A program made the position numbers and the translations under genes. Below, piece by piece: positions 40,551 to 50,600 of a stretch of DNA of 64,000 nt. Position 1 is the stretch's first letter, and every line of letters begins with the position of its first letter. The notes below the pieces were generated by a model, which was not told the origin of the DNA, did no database searches, and saw nothing but the letters and a program-made list of their open reading frames with translations. This DNA is from Amphiscolops sp. MND2022 (taxonomy: Eukaryota): assembly GCA_964187785.1 (NCBI GenBank), contig OZ076418.1, positions 36,146,001 to 36,210,000 on the forward strand. Direction: 5' to 3'.

Positions 40551-43380
40551 TTAACAACAGCTACATTTCAGGAACATTTTACAGCCACTATCTTCATATT
40601 TAGTTTTGTAGTGATTCCAGTAAATTCTCTTTAGATCGGATTCAAATGCGGCAGGGTGGTTTGGCAGTTTAATGTTGTATTCTTGTTGTACAAAATTGCT
40701 AAGATTGATGATTCGATTGAAGAAAAATTCCCGTGTACACTTTAAACGTGTGTAGTCAGACATGAAAATATTTTTGGTGTTACTTCTGAGCTCATAATTA
40801 TTGTTGTGTTGATTTGAACACACATAATCCCATATGGTGAAGTCATAAAGGCCCATTGTGAGCTTGTTGAACAGTAGCAGATCCTGCATTTGAAGATGTA
40901 AAGAGATCGGTAAATGGTGATATTTGTCAAGAAGTTGATGAAATGAGCTCCTATAGTCAATCCACTTGAAACAGATCCGCTGCAGCCTTTGTATTTTTTT
41001 TTAAGTCTCCTCTGTTCGGATGCCAAACACCTGAAGCATAAGCAAGTGCGGGTAAAATGTAGATGCGGTACAGTTTAAATTTCATGTCAGGGTTAAGCAT
41101 TTTAGGAAGGTTCCGACGTAGCATGGCTAGGCGTTTATAACAATTTGCTATTTTAATATTTATGTGATCGGTCCATGTCAAATTTGGAGAGACCCAGACA
41201 CCAAGATCACGAATACTCTTTGTTGTAGGATAGATATCATTTTCTCCCATGTGTAGGACAAGGTTATCACATTGCATCTTTGATTTACTGAAGTGTAATA
41301 ATTTCGTCTTCTGCAAGTTAAAGTCGAGTTTGTTTTCTTCACTCCACTTCATTAGTGATAACAAATCGTTCTGAAGCTCGAACAGAGATGAACTTGCCAG
41401 TTTAAGGTCGTCAGCGAATAGAAATGGAACACACTCACAATTCTCGGGCAGGTCATTTATAAACGCAATGAAGAAAAGCGGGCCGACCACTGAACCTTGG
41501 GGCACACCACTTGTAATAGGACACTCTTCTGATTGACAGTTTTCAATTTTAACTTGTTGCACTCGGTTCTGCAAATATGAAGCTATTAGTTTGAGTAGAG
41601 ATCCACCCAGACCCAGAGATCGAAGTTTTTTCAGTAGTATAGAATGAGGGACTCGATCAAATGCTTTAGAATAATCCAAATAGATTGCAAAGGCTTTTTC
41701 TTTGGAATCGATCCACTCAAAGATTTTAGCAAAGAACGACAGTAACTGGATGATACATGATCGGGATTTTCGAAAACCAAATTGATGGGAGGATAGTTTG
41801 TCCTGTAGATGCTTGGAAATGCTCCTGAAAAGAATTCTTTCAAATGCGAGTGAAAGTTTGCTCAACGAAGCAATTGGACGGTAGTTGGCTATCTCATTTT
41901 TCAATCCCTCTTTGAATATGGGTGTGATAATGGTTTTTTTCCAGGATGTAGGATACACTCCAGTTTCTATGATAACCTTTGATAGGTTGTAGAAATGTAT
42001 GGAGAGACTGTTTGAACACTTTCGTAAAATTTGACCATGAATACCATCAGGGCCAATGCCATCGGTTGATAAATCTAGAGCCTCTTTTGCGATTTCGGTA
42101 GATAGTTCTACATCATTCAGTACATTATCAGTAAAATTGGTGAATGTATCGTCAGAAGCATTGAATACTGATCCAAAATACTGATTGAAGGCGTTTGCAA
42201 TTTTGGAACTTCCAGTAATTTTTTTCTTTTTGGGATCAATCATTGTCTTCGGAATGTCGGAAATTTTGAGTTTTCTAATCAGTTTGTAACAATCATTTAC
42301 ATCACCATTTACGGCACAAAACTTGTCGAGGAATACATTTGTGTCCAACTCAATAGAATTTTCAAGTTCTTTACAGATAGTATTGTATTTCATATAATTT
42401 TTCAAGTTGAGGCCATTTAGTTGCTTTAATTCTGTTTGGAGGCAGTTGAAGAGATGAATACTGTGAGAGCTCAAGTAATCCGGCAACATTTTTCGCTTTT
42501 GCCGTTTGCTAACTAAGAACTGTTTGAGAATGTTTTGAAATGAAATCAGCCAGTCCGCAATGAAGTCGACAGAATTTTGGTCTAGTTCGAACGAGAATAG
42601 TGACTGAGCTAGTGTTAGGTCAATCGAATTTAAGTCGGTTGCTGCGAGACTGTATTGTTTGAGGTCAGTTTGTGTGTACATTGTTCCAGAGTTTTTAGGG
42701 ATACCCACAGATATGCTGAAATGATCAGAAAAAGTTGGATGTTTTTCAATATCAAGAACTTCAGGCTCGTCATAGTTTGTAAATACCAGGTCAAGGACAT
42801 TACCATCTTTGTGGGTTGGTTCCTTTACAAGCTGGGTGAAATTTTTAGCAGTAAGGAATTTTTCGGTTTCACAGAAATATTCTGTACTGATCGCTGGGAA
42901 CTGTGCCCAATCCTCGTTTGGTAAGTTGAAATCGCCCATAATTAATACTTTATCAATGGAAGCGTTACTGAGAACATTATAGGCCGAGGATAAGCAATTT
43001 GAGATTACATCATCAGGAACACGATACTCACTAGGGTTTGGAGGATTGTATAAAACAATAATTCCATAGGTATCAATTGATATACCACAACAAAATGTAT
43101 TGTCCAAGCATTCTATTTTTGATGCAACCAGTTCTTTTTTTGCCATAATAGCCACACCTCCATGCTGATTTGTTTCACGCACGGCTTTTGCTATGACTGA
43201 GTAGGCAGCTGTGAGAAAAGTATTGTCTGAGGAAGATTCATCCCACCAGGTTTCAGTAAGGCAGAGAATATCGGGTAATCTTGATTGGAGAATACACGAT
43301 AAGTGAAGTCTTTTTTCTAGGGATAAGATACTGCGGCAGTTTAAAAGAAAGATGCGGTGGACGTTTTCGTAATTTTCTAG
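40551..43380 (-). CDS. LINE ORF2p (APE endonuclease + reverse transcriptase), AUG-less, in frame with ORF1
   Basis: Open from 43380: LLNCRSI, CLTETW, HGGVAI, MGDFN, LDLVF, SDH, GPDGI, NYRPIA, YLDYSKAFDRV, GVPQGS, FADD. Stop at 40957 is caused by one extra A in an A9 run; removing it joins the frame to 40551-40889 (~942 aa). Confidence 0.9.
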
Positions 43381-44232
43381 TCAGTTCACCTCTACCAGTT
43401 CGTTGTCTTTGTAGAGTCTCAATTTTTTTATTTTCAAACGGCTACGATCTATGCCACTCCTGATCAATTCGTAACGTTTGGCTAACAGTTGTCTTTCCAG
43501 TAAAAGGTCCTTTGGGGACAGTTCAGGGGTGATCAAAACCCTTTTGTTTAGGAAATATTTTTTCTCGATGGCCTTTGCGATGACTTTGCGAGCATCCCAT
43601 ACAGATCCAAATGTTACAAGTAGGTTCCGAGTTCTATTTTTATCAAATTTCCCAAGTCGTTGAGTTTCGATAACATTTCCGGAGCAATTTAAATCATCAA
43701 GAACCTTTTCGACTTCGGACTTATCATGCAGTTGTCTATCTATGAAAAACTTGGAATCCATTTCCTCAATTCCGGATATTCTGATTTTGTAATGATAATT
43801 ATTGTCCTCAGTTATGGTCGTTTCAGGTACATGCCGATCTCGTGTTTTAGGTTCTTTCGTAGATATAGGAATTTTGTTCGGCAACTTTTCTTCAATGACG
43901 TTTTCGACGATTGTTTTGATATCTTTTTTAAGTTCATCTAGTTTAGCATTTTCGGTTGAGTCATCAAAGGCTGATTTTTTGCTAACACACGAATCACAAA
44001 AATAGGAGAAATTTTCAGACGAGGATAAGTAAACGAAGACTTCCTTTGGTATTTTCAGACACTGAGAGTGAAGCCAGTGAGAACATTTTTCACATTGAAT
44101 CCAGTCCCTCGTTTGTTGCGATCCATGACATACAGAACAGAGTCCATGATCCACAGCACATGTTCCACCCAGTTGAGTTGTCCCATCACTGTTGGAAGAG
44201 GAGACCAGTGCACTTCTTGTGAGAACCATCAT
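43381..44232 (-). CDS. LINE ORF1p with PHD finger, short coiled coil and RRM-like C-terminal part (283 aa)
   Basis: CSVC..WIQCEKCSHWLHSQC..YFCDSC (C4HC3 PHD); IRISGIEE, RLGKF..RTRNLLVTF, ITPELS..R..LL..RY motifs; first ATG 44232. Confidence 0.88.
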   Translation of the reverse strand: MMVLTRSALVSSSNSDGTTQLGGTCAVDHGLCSVCHGSQQTRDWIQCEKCSHWLHSQCLKIPKEVFVYLSSSENFSYFCDSCVSKKSAFDDSTENAKLDELKKDIKTIVENVIEEKLPNKIPISTKEPKTRDRHVPETTITEDNNYHYKIRISGIEEMDSKFFIDRQLHDKSEVEKVLDDLNCSGNVIETQRLGKFDKNRTRNLLVTFGSVWDARKVIAKAIEKKYFLNKRVLITPELSPKDLLLERQLLAKRYELIRSGIDRSRLKIKKLRLYKDNELVEVN

Positions 44233-44914
44233 CAAGTTTTCATATAACCGGAAACTATTTAATAAGTTTATCACAACAATTATCACAACAATTAGAAAGA
44301 TCACAATTCAAATTTTTCACAATCTTGACCGAACAACTACTGCTCTCAAAGAAGCTAGTTATACATTTTCCGTAAGAGGAGGGATTTCCCTAGGAAGAAA
44401 CAATAGCAACAACTGCTCGACATCAATCATCTAAATTTGGTAAGTGACTCACTTGAAAATTTGAGAGGTTGAAGTCCCGCCACGCTTTAGTAACAGTTGT
44501 CAAAGTGGATGCCATTAAAATTACATTTTCTAAAAAAACAGTTTAACATCATCGATACGGTATATGATTACAGTTAACAGTCATCTTTACCAACCAACCA
44601 TATATCTTCGGCTCACCGTGAACCTAGATTTACATGACATTAGCACACAGACTTTCATACCATGAATTTTTTTCCATCTAATCTTTTCAATTTCCTTCTC
44701 AGATGACATAGATCGTGAGGTGCCATGTAGGTCATCATGTAGGTTTACATTGTAAGGGGATGACACACAACAACAACAACAAAAAACAAAAACGACAAAG
44801 CACATCTTCTACTCATGACACTCACTATCCCAGTTAACCGACAGAAGCAAACCAAAAAATCACAACCCACGCTGCTAGTTCAGTTGCAAAGATGGAAGCC
44901 AGTCCTAGAATCCG

Positions 44915-45085
44915 ATACTTTATATGATATATTTTTTCAAGAGCATCTGTCAATCACTGTTCCTAGAACACATGTCGCATTGCAGATTTGTAGAGCCATT
45001 GAGATGAATTGCTTTAATAAGCTACCAGGTTGCTGATCACCGTGCGAAAAACAGAGCATTTCACAGAGACGCTTTAAGAATAATT
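44915..45085 (-). mobile_element. CRE-like (restriction-like endonuclease) non-LTR element, extreme C-terminus (left half)
   Basis: SELFLKRLCEMLC...GSLLKQFISMALQICNATCVLGT continues the frame broken at the BEL TSD. Confidence 0.75.
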
Positions 45086-45283
45086 TGTTCGGAATGAGTT
45101 ATCTTAATTTGACTAACATTGATATTCGTAGAATAATTCCGCCGTTGTTGTAACGTTGTTCTGTCATCGTTTTAAAGCTGTTTCGATTACGTAACCTCAA
45201 ATAACAATCGAAAGATGTTTCACATCGCTCTGTGAATTTGACATCAAATAACAAGCGAAAGATGTTGCTAACACGTTTGAAAC

Positions 45284-46253
45284 GGATTCCGGACGTTTCG
45301 GCGAAAACATGGCGGCGGACGTTTCGGCAAAAAAATATGCCGAAACGTCTCAGGCTAAAAACATTTGCCGAAACGTTTCGTATGATATGTGGGGCCTATC
45401 CGGTGTATGCACGCTCGCCCTCACCGTCGCTTAGCAGGATGGGAATATAAGCGGCCCCAAGGGGCCGCAGGGCACTAGAGGACATGGGGACATATCCGAG
45501 GCACGTTTTATGCTTTGCATCATTCCTACATTGATGGTCTTATCGTTTTCAATTTCAGAACTCTACAGACTGGTATTCTACAAACTGGACCTAACCAGTT
45601 TGTAGAAAACCAAAAACAAAACCAAGATAATACGGGACGTTTTGGCAAGAAAAATTTGCTGAAACGTCTCGAGATTTTTTTGCCGAAACGTCTTTGCCGG
45701 AACGTCCTGCTCGGGTGGCTGTAAATAGGTTGAATTTTTCTGGTCGAAAGGACAGAGGTCGAACCTTTTGAAAGAATTGCAGGGATCGAATGGAATGCAG
45801 TCGAATTTGGTCGAAGCCTTCTTTGATCGGTCGAATTTGATCGAACTGGTCGAAAACGTTGTTTGCCTCAAGTCGCTTGACTATCATAATGCGGGGCATA
45901 TGCGGTGTATGCACGCTCGCCCTCACCGTCGCAAAGACCAGCTCCCACTACGATCGCTTCACGATCTCCGTTCCCGCTAGGTCTTTGCTCCTGTTCGACC
46001 TCGCTTAGCAAGATGGGAACATAAGCGGCTCCAAGGGGCCGCGGGGCACTAGAGGAAAAGGGGACATATCCGAGACACGTTTTATACTTTTCTAGAAAAT
46101 TCTGTCTGCGGCAATTGGATTTGTTTCCCAAAAATCAAAATTTCGATCCGAGTTGTTTTTGTCCCATTCAAAAATTTGGTATGTCGACCCGAGGACTAAC
46201 TCTGATTTTCGATCCCGTTCCTTCGACCTTTTTCCGCCAACCCGTCCTGCTCC
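45284..46253. mobile_element. Mutator-like foldback (GAAACGTTTCGGC subrepeats) inserted in the BEL 5' LTR
   Basis: GGA..TCC termini; degenerate 9-bp TSD GTTTGAAAC/TTTTAAAAC; LTR sequence resumes at ~46258. Confidence 0.7.
45713..46243. mobile_element. Mutator-like foldback (GGTCGAA subrepeats) nested in the right arm of the previous element
   Basis: Perfect 9-bp TSD GTCCTGCTC (45704-45712, 46244-46252); termini GGGTGGC / GCCAACCC. Confidence 0.85.
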
Positions 46254-46457
46254 TTTTAAAACAACAAAGTCTTGACAAGTGAGCGCAATGACGTCTGCTA
46301 CGAAAATTGAACTGAATGCTCGCACTTGTTCTTTTTGCAAATGTTATTGACCTTCAAACTTTGACAGTTCGATTCGAAACTTTCATTTCAACTTCTCAAG
46401 ATCTCAAAAATCTATGTCTAAAAGTTAATGTCACAAAGGTTTACAGTCTCAGTACAC

Positions 46458-47678
46458 TGAAAAGCAGAGGAGGGAATAACGTCTATGGAATAACGTATAA
46501 AGGGCCACCGGGAATAACGTCAAAAAGGAATAACATTTAAACTGAAATATTAGGGATTTACGTCTAAAAAAAGGGCAGGGACGTTTCGTCACCGGCCATT
46601 TGGGCGACAAAAATTTCAGCCCATTTCGGCGACAATAATGTCGCCCAACTGTCCCGTAGACTAAATGGCCAAATATGTTCACATACCCCTAGTGCCCTAA
46701 ATGCAGGAGCGATGCGAAGCGGAGCGACGTGCCATATGGCCATGCCTCAATATTGCTACTTGGCAAAAGGAGCGAAGCGATCGAGCCATACAACAAATAT
46801 GCTAACCTCTTCAAATATATCAGTTAATTGATCAATTTGATCAACCCATTTGGTCGACACTTTCGTCGCCCATGTGACCGACGCCATATTGTCGCCCAAA
46901 TGGTTGGTGACAAAATGTCCCTGACTCCTAAAAAACGGGAAGAACGTCTGAACAGGGGAACAACGTCTAAAAAGATGAATAACGTCTAAAATCGGGAAGC
47001 GTCTAAATCGGAAAAGTCCAAAATATCAAAAAACCAACATAATACGTCTGAAAAACATGAAAAACGTTTAAAATTGGGAAAAAGGCCTAAAACATCCAAA
47101 AATCATTATATTAGTTCTAAGAAACATAATAACGTCTAAAATCAGGAAATGTCAAGTCAATCAAGATCTGAAGCTATTAGGTGATTCAAAGTATAAAACG
47201 TGTCTCGAATATGTTCTCATTTCCTCTAGTGCCCCGAGGCCCTCGGGGTCGCTTATGTTCCCATCTTGCCAAGCGAGGTCGAACAGGAGCAAAGACCTAG
47301 GGGGAACGGAGATCTCGAAGCGATCGTAGTGGGAGATGGTCTTTGCGACGGTGAGGACGAGCGTGCATACACAGTATATGCCTCACATTATGATATTTCC
47401 GCTTTCAACAAGTCTGTTTTTGCAGATGTAGAAAACTGCGCAGTAACGTCGGCCTTGGATGAATTCGAATTCTGCCATGTAGTCTAAAAATTGTCAGTTT
47501 TCAAATCCGATAATTTTTGAAAAAAATTCTTGAAGTTTTTTTTCGGGAATAACGTCTAAAAAACCAGGAATAACGTCTAAAAAACAGGACGTTTTTCCCG
47601 AAAAACGATTTAAATTTAGACGTTATTCCCGCTTTGAACTTAGACGTTATTCCTTAGACGTTATTCCCGCCCGTCACT
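46458..47678. mobile_element. Foldback element with GGAATAACGTCTA subrepeats inserted in the BEL 5' LTR
   Basis: Many GGAATAACGTCTA units, inverted (TAGACGTTATTCC) at 47617-47670; LTR resumes at ~47679; boundaries approximate. Confidence 0.75.
46573..46928. mobile_element. Mutator-like foldback (GGCGACA subrepeats) nested in the 46458 element
   Basis: TIR GG.CAGGGACGTTTCGTCACC / GGTGACAAAATGTCCCTGACTCC; TSD-like TAAAAAAA / TAAAAAAC. Confidence 0.75.
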
Positions 47679-50600
47679 AAAAAGAGGGACAGTTTTCCCT
47701 GAAAACCAGAAAGAGTCGGGACAAGTTAGGTTTGGCTGACTGGTACTTTCGAACGGGAGGAAGACCTCCTGTCAAGGACAAAAACGCGAACAAGTGGCTC
47801 AAGAATATACGTTATTTTCATCCCAGAAAGATAGTCGTTTTTCCATATTCTTAACAGTACAAAATGCCTCAAAAATCTGTCATTTCACTTCATTTATTGT
47901 CGATAATATAACATTGTCAGTGAAACCTCTTGTTATTCTTTTGTATCACTCTGTAAAATGGTCAATACTGCTGAATAAACGATTTCTTGTACAATATTGT
48001 TCGACCACCACTACTTAGTAGAACTTCCAGAGAATCAACCAGTGCTCCTGGCAGGACACCCAGCAATATTTTGGTCGGACCTCTCACTTTCTATCCACGA
48101 CGTGGGTGATGCTGGTCTGCTCTCAGTGTGTGTCGATGTGAGGCTGGTCTTCCCCCATAGTTGTTCCATCTGGCACATTGATGACAACGTGATGTTCAAC
48201 AGTGCAGTGGTTTTTCGTTCTTCTGGGCTGTGCGTTAGATGCAAGGTGTCTCTGCAGCAGTTATCGCTTTTGGTCTTTTGGTCCCTGCGTACAGTGGACG
48301 AACTGAGTTCTCCTTTGTCGTCGGCAGTGTTTTACCGAAGAGTTCGGAATTTTGGTAGTTCACAAATTGTTAGTTGAAACTTGTAGTGTGGGTTGTTTTG
48401 CGAAAAAACACTTTGTTGGAGAATTTTCGTGCCAAATTTGAATTCCGTTTTGTCAAAAAAGTAGCAACGACTACGGCTGCTTGTGCAGATCGATAATTTT
48501 GATTTTTTAGCTGTTTGCTAACTTTTGTCTACTGCTTTTCCCATTAGCTATAGAAGTTTGAGTTTGGTTCCCATGAAAAACTCTTCAGCTCCTTCAAATG
48601 TCCTACCGAAACTTTTGCTTGCGATCTTTTGAGCCATATTTTGCAATTTTGCCCCTATGGCAGTTTTTTCTCCAACATTAGACCCTCCTTCACTTTTTGT
48701 CTCTATCTCGACCTCTATGATACTTGTTGAAAGGCCGTTCTTGACTGGAGAGGTACTCTGAAACTTATTTGTTGCAAAACGTTCGATTGTTATGTCTTTC
48801 TTGAGCTTCCTTTGCGTGTCTTGTAAACTAGACAGACTAGTTGCTCCGATATTTTGATAACTTGATATGTGACTTCGATATTTTGATAACTCGATACACA
48901 AAGGCACTGAGCCTCAGTCGTCAACTCCGCTGATCAGAAGGTCAGGCTCAGGTGGTTCCCTGGGCAAGTCGTCGGTCTGCACTGCAGATTGGCGCAAAAG
49001 CCGCTCTGTCGACTGAGTCTCTGTCAAAAGTAGTTGGTCTGCTCTAACCCAAGTTATTCAAACTCTCAAGGGAGGAAAGTTTTCAGGAGCAGCTGTCTTT
49101 GTCTTGTTTCGTTGGTCTTGTTTGCTGGGGCTCTTTTTCGGTTCTTTTCACTTCAAAAAACGTAACTTAAGTCCTGAGACAGTTAACCTTTGGCATGTTG
49201 GTTTCTCGTTCAGTTTCGGTCTCGTTGTTTTGTGTGCATTTTGTTGTACGTTTGTTCGATCTTTCACTCTTTTTACTTGAACGCTTCACAAGTACCATTT
49301 TGACTCTTGATTCAAGAAACAAAAACGAAGTACCCACTTGAAGCTGACTTTCTAACTCAAAATTTGGTTCTGCAAACGACTGTCTTCATTCGTTTCTTCA
49401 CTCGGTTTCTGATTGAATGACTTTTTGTGGTTCTTCGGTTTTGTTCATTCATTAGGACAATTGAGTATTGCATGTGTTTGCAAGTTCGTCTGTAAACGAT
49501 TGTCTTTCTTCATTCGTTTCTTCTTTCGGGTTCTCATTGTAACGAGTTTTCGTGTTTTTTTGGTTTTGTTCGTTCATTAGGATTCTTCAATATCTTATGT
49601 CTCTGCAAGTTTCTGTGATGGAAAAAACTGTCGCTAGTCACGACAAGATTCCTGGTCAGTTGTACGAGCGCCTTGAGCAATTGGAGGATATTCTGAAAAA
49701 TCAAGCAAGGCGAACGGAATTTTCGAGACTTGATTATTGCTTTGATCTGAAGTCAAAAGTTAGCGAGATGAATAAAATATTGATGTCTTCGAATGTTGAG
49801 GCTCTTGTTATTGGAGCCTCTGCCTCATCTAACAAAGTCAATGATCATTGTCGATTTGTCTTAGGTTCTGCCCGTGATTATTTGTTGATCGAGCACTCAC
49901 TAGTCAGTCTTCTGGTAGGTCTTCTAAAAAGCCGTCGACGTCGTCCAAACGTTCTAAGAAGTTGTTGAAGCTTCAAGAAGAGGAGTTAGAGCGACAAGCT
50001 GATGCCCGCAAGGCTATCCTTGATGCTAAACTTCGTGTAAAGCTACTAGAGATAGATGACTATAAGCGTCAACAACTCCAGAAGTATCGAGACGAGTGTC
50101 AGTTGGATGAAATATAGTCAATTTCTAGTGAATCGGGTTGTAATGTTGATGAAACTCTTAAAACAAAGACTTCAGATTGGGTCAATTCCTTGCTACCTAG
50201 TGCTACAGTTGACTCTGGGCCTAGTCGTTCGCAACCTAAGTCAAATTTGATAGAAGAGCCTCTTCAGATTTCTCATTCTAACGGTACACCGGGGCAAGTT
50301 GTTGATATTTTCACAACTCAGTCTTCGTTTGTGAAAAATTCAGTTGGATCTTGCTTGCCCTTTGTTGATGTTAACGCTCCTTTGAAGGCTCCGCTCAGTT
50401 CTTCTGGTGTGGTTGATAGCACGTTCGGTGCTTTGACTCTCGCTAACGAAGTAGTTTTCCCGAACAACGAAGCATTTGGTTTGAATGTACTTCAGTCTTC
50501 TCTTGCGAGTACTTTGCCTTCAAAAATTGATAACAGGCTTCAAAATACGTATGTGCTGCCTTCGAGCCAATTAGTGTCTTTACCTACAGCAGTTGTTTCA

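Larger units (their letters stand above)
40469..44450 (-). mobile_element. Near-intact CR1/L2-group LINE (PHD ORF1; APE-RT ORF2; (TAG)n tail)
   Basis: ORF1 and ORF2 as listed below; 3' tail of TAG repeats at 40469-40487; only one lesion seen (1-nt A-run frameshift at ~40994-41002). 5' end approximate; no TSD found. Confidence 0.93.

Noticed and set aside
40095-44710. Candidate CASP first exons (FVWQKVGHGLPP|GT at ~40095-40160; MSSEKEIEKIRWKKIH|GT at ~44660-44705)
   Set aside because: The first has no upstream ATG; the second is in the wrong phase; neither matches the W..F.L..LQ consensus.
45284-47678. CRISPR-like repeat arrays
   Set aside because: Eukaryotic context, irregular spacing, inverted arms with TSDs and no cas genes; these are foldback subrepeats.
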